Assembly: GCA_039190745.1 (NCBI GenBank)
Contig: JBCCXZ010000008.1
Span: forward strand, 20,937 to 84,936
Origin: Planctomycetota bacterium
Lineage (GTDB): Bacteria > Planctomycetota > Planctomycetia > Pirellulales > Lacipirellulaceae
Length of the DNA: 64,000 nucleotides
Direction: 5' to 3'
The translations under genes were made by a program, and so were the position numbers. This document shows, piece after piece, positions 11,694-20,724 of this stretch (position 1 is its first letter; every line of letters starts with the position of its first letter). Under the pieces are notes generated by a model. The model worked only from the letters and a program-made list of their open reading frames with translations. It had not been told where the DNA came from and searched no databases.

Positions 11694-11921
11694 GTGAACG
11701 GCGAGATCGCCATCACCGAGTCGCTCACCATCGACGGCCTCGCCAACACACCCAACGGCGTCATCATCGACGCCTCCGGCAGCGACCCCGACGGGGACGC
11801 CCTCAACGGGGCCCGCATCTTCAACGTCACCGACACCGCTGGCAACGGCGCCGCCGCCAACTACCTCTTCCGCTGCCTCACGCTCACCGGCGGCGAATCT
11901 TCACACCCCATAGCCGCCTGA
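11694..11921 (+). pseudogene. Isolated gene fragment homologous to the conserved box segment of the downstream surface protein
   Basis: GEIAITESLTIDG...GVIIDASGSDPD...NGARIFNV...YLFRCLTLTGGE aligns with GQLDITNPIIIDG...GVTIIADDPD...DGSRIFEF...YLLKGLTLTGGD at 13971-14165. Confidence 0.75.
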
Positions 11922-11979
11922 TTCGGCTACAACGATAATCATCGCCGAACATTACTCACCCGGTTCGAAAGCGCTTCCC

Positions 11980-13024
11980 ATGCGAAGACTCTGCTACATC
12001 GTGGCTGCGTTAACATCTGCCCCTCTCAGCCCGGCAACAGGCGCCGCCATCTTCGAGAGCGGTACGCTCGGGCAGACCGGGCAATCGTTCCAAGAGGTAC
12101 CCGGCACTAGCGTCCAGTCTGGCATATTCACCGGCGTCCGCTTCGAGCTGGCTAAGCCGGTGTTTGCAACGGAGATTGGCGGCCACTTCGTTTCCACAAC
12201 TCCGGGAAGCTTCTTTGGAGCAGTTGTGTCGCTAGACGACGAGAACGATTTCCCCGATTCCCTTGATTTATCCACGCCCGATGTCCTAGGAACTGCATTG
12301 CTAACATTTCCTGCTCTCTCCGATGAGGTCTTCGGAAGCGTATCCTTGCGCCTCGATCCGGGTTGGTACGCTCTCGCTTTCGGCAGTGGCCTCTTTGGAG
12401 CTACTGGGTCGGGAGGTGCGACACGAAATAATTATTGGAGAGCAAGACTATATTGGTTTATTAACAGACCCCGGTTGGTTCCAGCTCTCTGATCTAAGTG
12501 ACGTAGTTCTCTTTGTGGACCATCGTTTCGTGATTAACGGCTTTGTGGTACCTGAGCCAGCCACTAGCAGCTTGCTCTCGCTCATACTGTGCTACATTCT
12601 GAAGCGCCGTCCGACTCGAAAGCAACCTTCGCAAGCAGGCCGCAAATTGCGGGTGGAAGCCTTTGAAGACCGTCGTGTCCTTGCGCAGTTCGTCGTTGAT
12701 TCATCGCTCGATGTTGTTGACCCAAACGATGGCTTGGTAACTCTTCGTGAAGCAGTGCAAGCTGCAGATCTCAGCACGAACCAAGACGAGATCATCTTTG
12801 ACCTCGACCCTGTAATCGATGGCACCACGATTCAGCTCACCCAAGGCCAGATCTCCATTGCCAACCCCGTCATCATCGACGGCCTCTCCCAAGGCCCCGA
12901 CGGGGTAACCATCGTCGCCGACGACCCCGACACGCAAGTCGACGGCAACGGCTCTCGGATCTTCAACATCGAGATCTCCCCGAACGGCGGAGACGGCGTC
13001 ATTCCATTCGCTGTCGCAGCGTGA
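11980..13024 (+). pseudogene. Orphan N-terminal cassette: signal peptide + ~190-aa domain + PEP-CTERM + planctomycete export motif + CSLREA-like start; frameshifted near 12430 and truncated
   Basis: ORFs 11980-12492 and 12323-13024 together align end to end with 13089-14090. Frame break at ACACGAAATAATTATTGGA (RNN..IG). Ends about 19 codons after the homology box. Confidence 0.8.
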
Positions 13025-13088
13025 CCCGGGTACACTCAATGAAATCATTGTGCGTTCTCATACCATTCGTCTTCCGCGGAGATCCGAC

Positions 13089-16000
13089 ATGCGACTCCTG
13101 TTCTGCCTGCTCCTGAGCGCAGCGTTCATTAACACTACGGCTCATGCGGCAACTATCTTCGAGAGCGGCACGCTCGGCCAGACCGGCCTGACCGTCCAAG
13201 ACATCTTCGATGGAGTCACCGGCGGCACCAATGTCCAACCATCCATCTTCACCGGCGTACGCTTCGAGCTAACCGAGCCGGTGCGTACCACGGAAGTCGG
13301 CGGGCATTTTGTGGCCTCGTCCCCGGGAACGTTCTTTGGAGCAATCGTCGCACTCGACGACGAAGATGATTTTCCGGACTCGGAAGACCTCTCGACCCCG
13401 GACGTTCTAGGAGTCACCGAACTTGCGTTTCCAGTTGAATCGGAACAGGTATTCGGCGATCTATCGCTACTCCTCCAACCCGGTTGGTACGCGCTCGCCT
13501 TCGGCAGCGGGCTGTTTGGCACTTCCGGTCAAGGAGCGGCTCTCAGAAACAACCCGGACATCGGAAGCCCAACTTACATCGGCCTCCAATCGCGCCCGGG
13601 GCGGTTCAATCTATCCGATCTAAGCGATGCAATCCTCTTTGAAGATCATCATTTCGTGGTCAAGGGCATTGTAGTTCCAGAACCCGGAGGAGCAGGCTTG
13701 TTCGCTTCACTGGCATGCTGGCTGCTCAAACGTCCTAGACCACAACGATCCACGCCTCAACATGGTCGCAGACTACGACTGGAAGCGTGCGAAGAACGGC
13801 GTGCCTTGGCTACACTGACGGTGGATTCTACGCTAGACGTAGTCGACCCCAATGACGGAGTTACGACCCTCCGAGAAGCAGTAGAGGCAGCGGAGGGAAA
13901 CTTCGAACCAGACGAAATCCTCTTCGACCTAGACGAAGTCGTCGACGGGACCACCATCCAACTCACCTAAGGCCAGCTTGACATCACCAACCCCATCATC
14001 ATCGACGGCCTCTCCCAAGGCCCCGACGGGGTCACGATCATCGCCGACGACCCGGACACGCAAGTCGACGGCGACGGCTCTCGCATCTTCGAGTTCGACA
14101 TCTTCACCGGCCCTGCCGACGACGAACAGTATCTGCTCAAGGGCCTGACCCTCACCGGCGGAGACGCGACCAGCGATGGCGGAGCCGTCTTATTCGACAA
14201 AAGCGGCAACGGCGCCGTTGAGTTTCGAATCGAAGACAGCACATTCCTCAGCAACCAAACCGCGAGAGCGGGCGGAGCTGTTTATGTTTCATCTAGCAAC
14301 AGACTTTCGCTCTATGTCGAGCGGACCGTGGTCTCTGGCAATCAAGCCGGGCTAGATTCCAGCGCCGGCCGTGGAGGCGGTATCGGAGTCCGCGAGGCAG
14401 AGTCGGTCAACATCACCGATAGCATCTTCTTCGGCAACGAGACCGTCGACACTCTTGGAGGAAAAGGAGGCGGCCTGTACCTCTACTTCGGGTCCTCTTT
14501 GTCGAACCCACAAGACGCGACCATCACTAGGAGTGTGTTTCGGCAGAACAAATCTCTGGGCGAAGCAAACGAGACGGGCGGGGGCGGCATCTACGCCAAC
14601 CTCGAAGGAGACCGCGCGGCCGGCAGCTCGATACCTACGCTTGAAATTGTAGACTCCACCATCAGCGGCAACGAAGCCCGAGAAGACGGCGGCGGCCTCT
14701 GGGTGTGCACCAAATACGGAGCGGTCTTCGAGATGCGTGGCAGCACCGTCTCAGGAAATCAGACAGGACGCATCGAAGGAACAGGAGGCTACGGAGACCC
14801 GCTGGTGTTTACCGGAGACGGGGGCGGCGTTTGGATTGGGATGCTTGGAGATCGACCAGAAGTCTACCTAGATTCTTCGATCGCGAACGTGACCGTCTCA
14901 GGGAACAGCGCGATAAGTCGTGGCGGCGGCATGTGGGCAGGCATCGTGCCCAGTGGGCCCGAAGGCGATTTTGATCTCGCCTTGGATCACACAACCATCA
15001 CCGACAACCGCTCCCCAAATGGCGGCGGCCTCTACAGCGACCCCGACGCCACCCTCCTCCGCATCGACACCCTCCTCAGCAACACGATCGTCTCCGCCAA
15101 CCAAGTCTCCGACACCAACGCCGCTCCCAACAACATCGCCGGCGCCATCAACCAGACGTCCGACTACAACCTCTGGGGCACGAGTACCGCCGTTCTGCCA
15201 TCGCTCAACAACATCATTAATGACAACCCCGGCCTCACCCCGCTCCAGGACAACAACGGCTTCACGCTCCCAGACGGCAGCACGATCCTCACCCACGAGC
15301 CGCTCGCCGACAGCCCTGCCATTAACAACGGCGACCCTGCAGTCCTGTTCGACCCCAACGACTTCGACCAACGCGGCGCCGGCTTCGAACGGGTCATCGG
15401 GAACCGAGTTGACATCGGAGCTGTAGAGTTCCAGCCCGACGACGGCGGACCCAAAGTCATCGACATCCGCATCGACGGCTCCGGCTGGGGCAGAGACGCC
15501 TACTCGTTCGCCGCGATCGTCCCCGCGGGCGAGCAGCTCCGGCCGATCTTCACGCAGGGCGCAGACACCATCGAGATCCAGTTCGATCAGAACGTCGTCC
15601 TGGCCGGCAGCGGCTCTGAACTGACCCTCAAGACCGACAACGGCGTCGCCCTCCCGGGCGTCACCTACGTTGGGTTTGACCCCATACTCAATGTGGCGAC
15701 ATGGACCGTCGCCGGCGGGTTGCCCGACGGCAAGTACGCCATCCACCTCGACAACACCATCACCAACGGCGCCGGCACGCTGCTCGACGCCGACTGGGTC
15801 AACCCCGACAACAATACCCCCGATTACTACCCAGACGACATTTACGACCCAGAGTACGTCTCGTCCTTCACACCCGGCGACGGCATGCCGGGCGCCAGCG
15901 GTGGCGGGTTCCGCTTCCACTTCGCTCTGTTGGCCGGCGACTACGACGGAGACGGCCTCGTCGAGGGCGAAGCCACCGGAGACGACTTTCTACAAGCGTT

Positions 16001-17342
16001 CGGCCCCGACCCCAACCCTAATGCCGATGGAGACGGAGACGGGAACGGCGGGCTGTTTTCCGATGCGCTGGTCGCGGTCAGCAATAACGGAGCAAAGCTC
16101 TCCCTCAAGGCATTCGGCGACGCCGACTTCAACGACGACGAGGTTGTCGACGATCTGGACCTGGCCTTGTGGGAGATCACCGTCGGCGAAACCATGTTCG
16201 AAGAGGCGGAGCGCGGGGACGGCGACGCGGACGGCGACGGCAAGGTCGATTCACTCGACCTCGCTTACTGGGAAGCCCAGTTCGGCGCCACGCCGCCCAC
16301 TGACGGCTCACCCAGCGCCGATTTCGATGACGATATGGATGTCGATAACGCCGACCTCCTCATCTGGCAAACCGGCTTCGGCAAGGGCACCGGCAACGCA
16401 GACAACGATTCCGACGTCGGCATCGCCGACCTGCTGATCTGGAACAGCTCCTTCGGCCGAGAGTCCGCCTGGTACGTCTCCACCGCAAGCGTCATCGCGA
16501 CCGTCACCGCCGGCGACTTCGCACCCTGGTTAGATGACGTCGTCATCAGCGGCTCGATCTCGATCCACAACCCCTACTCATTCGACGCGGTCGTTGACGG
16601 CTCGGGCGACCAGCTCATCACCGTCCCCGTCGGCGGGGCCGACACCATCGCCATTACCTTTAGTGAACCGGTAAACGTCAGCGCCGGCAGCCTTTCGGTC
16701 GTCGGGCTCACCCAGTCGTTCGTCCCGTTGGTCGCCCAGTTCGACTACAACCCCGGCACACACACCGCCACGTGGCGGCTTGAGAACTGGAACATCCACG
16801 GAGACCAGTACCTGCTGAGCCTGACCGACGCCGTCACCGACGCCGACGGAAACCGGCTCGATGGAGAATGGACCAACCCGCAATCGGTCAACACAACGGC
16901 CGGATCGGCCAGCAACTTCCCCTCCGGAGACGGTGACCCCGGGGGCCGCTTTGACTTCCTGATGACCCTGCTGCCGGGCGACGCCGACCTCGACAACGAC
17001 GTCGATATGGACGACTGGGACATCTTTGACGCCAACATGGGAATCACCAACGGCACATTCACCACGGCCGACTTTAGCGGCGACGGCATCGTCTCACTCT
17101 TCGGCGACGGCTTCGTTATTGTCGCCTACATGGACTGGAACCTGCAGAACGCAACGCTCTCCGCAGACCTCGATGGCGACGGGGACGTCGACGGAGACGA
17201 CCTCGAAACCGTCCTCGACAACCTCGGCATGACCAACCCCACGGCCGCCGATGGCGACCTCGACGGCGACGGGGACATCGATATCGAGGACCTCGACCAC
17301 GCCTTCAGGCTGTTCGGCATCGAACTCGACCTCGTCGCGTAG
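13089..17342 (+). pseudogene. Giant surface protein (~1417 codons): signal peptide, N-terminal domain, internal PEP-CTERM, RRLRLEACEERRALA motif, CSLREA-like, beta-helix GGG repeats, choice-of-anchor-Q-like, Ig-like and dockerin/EF-hand-like repeats; one in-frame TAA at 13968-13970
   Basis: Frame continues without shift from 13971 into ORF 14328-17342 (357 nt = 119 codons). The paralogous cassette has CAA at the same codon. Motifs VTTLREAV, SPAINNG...DQRG...VDIGAVE and many DxDxDGxVD. Confidence 0.8.
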
Positions 17343-17385
17343 CCGCCGGCGAGGCCTCGGGTTCTCCTCATTTCCTTGCTGACCA

Positions 17386-17639
17386 TTTTCTTGCTGAAAA
17401 TGGCCGCGCGTTCTGATAAACAGAAGGCGTGCAGTCAACCGCTCCGCAACGCGACCGCGTGCGAACCCGTTCCGTCACCGAAAACTCGACACGAATGAAC
17501 GCAAACGCAAAGAATTAAGTCCGCCCGCAACTAGCCGCGACGCTACGCGTCGCTGGCGAACCCGCATCGGAGCCTGACAAAAGAAAAGACTTTTGGCGTA
17601 TCGCCGCGTGTACGCGATTTCGTGCCTAAAGACAAAACC
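17386..17639 (+). repeat. Dispersed ~255-bp non-coding element, copy A
   Basis: Colinear with 38013-38272 and with the reverse complement of 49280-49538. Confidence 0.8.
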
Positions 17640-17651
17640 AGGAGGAGGAGA

Positions 17652-18056
17652 TCAACCCAGCAAACGATTCACGCTCTGGATCAGCCGGTCCATCGGGAAC
17701 GGCTTCCGCACGTAGTCGTCGACGCCCAGCATCTCGGCGTACGCCTTGTGCCGGGCGCCCTCGTTCGCCGTGATCATGATCACCCGCTGACGCCGGTCGC
17801 CCTCGGCCATCCGCTTCAGCCGCTCCAGCACCAGGAACCCGCTCCGCTTGGGCATCATCATGTCGAGGATCACCAAATCCGGCTGCTCGCGCTCGATCAG
17901 CGCGAGCCCCTGGTTCCCGTCGCGGGCCACCAGAACCTCGTAGTCCTGGGCCTCCAGCGCCAAACGCAGCGACTCGATAATCTCCGCGTCGTCGTCAACC
18001 AACAAAATCCGCTTCGCACCGGAACCGGAGTCTTTTTTCGATTTATCGTCAGCCAT
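17652..18056 (-). CDS. Single-domain response regulator
   Basis: RILLVDDD, PDLVILDMMMPKRSG, IMITA, DDYVRKPF. Confidence 0.9.
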   Translation of the reverse strand: MADDKSKKDSGSGAKRILLVDDDAEIIESLRLALEAQDYEVLVARDGNQGLALIEREQPDLVILDMMMPKRSGFLVLERLKRMAEGDRRQRVIMITANEGARHKAYAEMLGVDDYVRKPFPMDRLIQSVNRLLG

Positions 18057-18215
18057 TTCAGCCTTGAGCCGGCAGCTTGAATGTGATGGAAACCGGCAGC
18101 ACCAGCCCCAACCGGCCGGCTCCTGCCAAGCGGCCCACCCTACCACTTCCCCCCGGATTTTCAACCGGCGCCCCCGCGCTTCACACGCCGTCGCCTAGCG
18201 GGGTCTAATGGCCCA

Positions 18216-19307
18216 ATGGGAAACCCGTCCGCCGCCGTCCAGCCGCCCGACCTCGCCTACCTCCCGCCCCTGCCGCGGGGCGCCCCGCCGGAGATCGGCC
18301 TGATCGGCTGCGGCGGCATCACCGAGGTCCACCTCCGGGCCTACCGGCAAGCAGGCTGGCCCGTGACCGCCCTCTGCGACCTCGACGCAAAAGCCGCCGA
18401 GGCCCGCCGCAAGGGGTTCTACCCCAGGGCCCGCGTCACCACCGATCACCACGAAATCCTCGCCAACCCAGCCATCGGCGTGGTCGACATCGCTACCCAC
18501 CCCGAGGCCCGTGGCCCGCTGATCGAAGACGCCCTCCGGGCGGGCAAACACGTCCTCAGCCAGAAGCCGTTCGTCACCGACCTGGAGGAAGGCGAGCGGC
18601 TCGCCGACCTCGCCGACGAACTCGGCCTGCTGCTCGCGGTGAACCAAAACGCCCGCTGGGCGCCGCACTTCGCGTACCTCCGCGAAGCAGCTCGCGGCGG
18701 GTTGATCGGCTGCCCCATCGGCGTGCACGCCGCCGTCCACTGGGACCACAGCTGGGTGGAAAACTCACCGTTCAACGAGATCGAAGCGTTGATCCTCTAC
18801 GACTTCGGCATCCACTGGTTCGACTTCATCGCCACCGTCATGCAGGGCCAGGAGCCGCGACGCGTCTACGCTTCCAGCCGCCGCACGCCCTACCAAACCG
18901 CCAAGCCGCCGCTGCTCGCGCAGGCCGTCGTCGAGTACGACCACGCCCAAGCCACGCTGGTGTTCGACGGCAACACGCCCGCGGCAACGTGGGACGCCAC
19001 CGTCATCACCGGCGAACAAGGCATCGTCCGCAGCGAAGGCGTCGACATCAAGCACCAGAGCGTCCGCGTCTCGACCGCCCGTGGGGTCGCCAAGCCGCGG
19101 CTCAAGGGCAAGTGGTTCCCCGACGGCTTCCGCGGCGCGATGGGCGAACTCCTGCAGGCGATCGAACAAGGCCGGCAACCCTCGCACAACGCACGAGACA
19201 ACCTGGCGAGCCTCGAGCTCTGCTTCGCCGCGGTCGAGAGCGCAAACACCGGTCGGGCGGTCGTCCCGGGGAGCATCAGAAGGCTCCCAAAGCAATCCAA
19301 CGCCTAA
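18216..19307 (+). CDS. Gfo/Idh/MocA family oxidoreductase
   Basis: IGLIGCGGI, AGKHVLSQKP, DFGIHWFD. Confidence 0.9.
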   Translation: MGNPSAAVQPPDLAYLPPLPRGAPPEIGLIGCGGITEVHLRAYRQAGWPVTALCDLDAKAAEARRKGFYPRARVTTDHHEILANPAIGVVDIATHPEARGPLIEDALRAGKHVLSQKPFVTDLEEGERLADLADELGLLLAVNQNARWAPHFAYLREAARGGLIGCPIGVHAAVHWDHSWVENSPFNEIEALILYDFGIHWFDFIATVMQGQEPRRVYASSRRTPYQTAKPPLLAQAVVEYDHAQATLVFDGNTPAATWDATVITGEQGIVRSEGVDIKHQSVRVSTARGVAKPRLKGKWFPDGFRGAMGELLQAIEQGRQPSHNARDNLASLELCFAAVESANTGRAVVPGSIRRLPKQSNA

Positions 19308-20458
19308 GCCGCTCGGAGCAGAGCCTCCGGCTGACGGCCGTACAGCGCGTCGAGCACGACCGCGGCGATCTCGCCCGCGGCGTCCGGCTGGGCCATCGAA
19401 CGCATCGACGCCGCCATCCGGCTGCGTAGCCGGTCGTCCGTCATCAAGGGCGCCATTTCCCGGGTGAGCAGCTCGGCAAGCGGCTGTGCAGAGAGCTCGT
19501 TGACAACCCGCGCCGCGCCGGCCTCCTCGAAGATCCGCGCGTTCGCCCAGTGCTCGTCCGCCCTCCCGCCGGCGTAGGGCACCAACACCGCCGGAAGCGA
19601 CGCCAAAGCCATTTCTGAGAGCAGCGTCCCGCCTGGACGGCCGATCAATAGGTCGCTGGCGAAGCAAACCGAAGCGACCTCGTCGATGTAGGTCACCACC
19701 AACGCATCGACCCCGGCGTCGCGGTACCGCTTCTCCGTCTCCTGGAGCTGCCGTTCACCGGTCTGGTGGACGATCTGCCAGTCTCGCGCCGCGGGCCCCA
19801 TCGCCGCGAGGGCTTCTGGGACCGACTCATTGAGCGACCGCGCACCGTCCACGCCGCCCATCACTAGCAGCCGGCGACTCGGCCCACGCCAGTCCGCCGG
19901 GCGGGCGGCGCGACGATCCTCGCGGGCTTCGTGCAATTTGAGGAACGACGGCCGTGCCGGAGCACCGGTCACGAGGCTCTCCGCTCGCATCTGCAAGTGC
20001 GGCCGCGCCTCTTCGTAGGCCAAGCAAATCGTGGCCTCGGTCGCCGAGAGCAACCGCGTGGCCCGCTCGGGCAATGCGTTCCGCTCGAGCACCACCACCG
20101 GCAGCCCGCGCGAAAGACCCGCCCGGCAAACGGCCGTGCTGGTCGAGCCGCCCAACCCGACCACGCCTGAAACCCCTTGCTCCCGCAGCAGCCACCTAGA
20201 GGCGCAGAACCCCAGCAGGTTGTCCGCCACGTAGCGCACGGCCTCCAATGTCCGTTCGGGAGTGCGGCTAGCCGGCAGGGCCGCGTAGTGATAACCGGCG
20301 GCCCGCACGCGGTGGAGCTCGGCGGTCTTCCCCGGCCCCGCAAAGGTAATGCGGCACCGCGGCATCAGCCGGGAGAGACGCTCCGCCACCGCGATCCCGG
20401 CCGAGAGGTGACCGGGGGCGCCGCCCCCGGCGAACACAACGTGCGGGTCACAAGGCAT
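19304..20458 (-). CDS. Divergent MurG-like glycosyltransferase (GT28)
   Basis: VVFAGGGAPGH, LERNALP, GGVDGARSLN, IVHQTG, RPGGTLLSE: MurG layout with substituted consensus residues. Confidence 0.8.
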   Translation of the reverse strand: MPCDPHVVFAGGGAPGHLSAGIAVAERLSRLMPRCRITFAGPGKTAELHRVRAAGYHYAALPASRTPERTLEAVRYVADNLLGFCASRWLLREQGVSGVVGLGGSTSTAVCRAGLSRGLPVVVLERNALPERATRLLSATEATICLAYEEARPHLQMRAESLVTGAPARPSFLKLHEAREDRRAARPADWRGPSRRLLVMGGVDGARSLNESVPEALAAMGPAARDWQIVHQTGERQLQETEKRYRDAGVDALVVTYIDEVASVCFASDLLIGRPGGTLLSEMALASLPAVLVPYAGGRADEHWANARIFEEAGAARVVNELSAQPLAELLTREMAPLMTDDRLRSRMAASMRSMAQPDAAGEIAAVVLDALYGRQPEALLRAA

Positions 20459-20724
20459 CGGCGGGGTCCTCGCACCGGCGCCGCCTGAGCGGGCCGCTGA
20501 ATCCGCTGAGTCGCCGGGGCAGCACAAGGCCGCCCCGGCGCTCAGGCGTGAAGTCTCATCGCGAAGCACCCAGTCCAGCAGCAGACCCAGAAGCCGCCGC
20601 ACTGAGCATCAAGGCTCCAACCCCAGGGAGGGCGGCCCGTCGGACCCCGCAATCCAACAAAGCCAACGATGAGACTCCAATTATGGTTCCAGTGTTTCCT
20701 TCAACAGCATTCCCGAAAGGTGGA

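Noticed and set aside
11980..14090. Diversity-generating retroelement (template/variable repeat pair)
   Set aside because: Differences between the copies are not adenine-specific, include indels and fall mostly at synonymous sites; no reverse transcriptase in the window.
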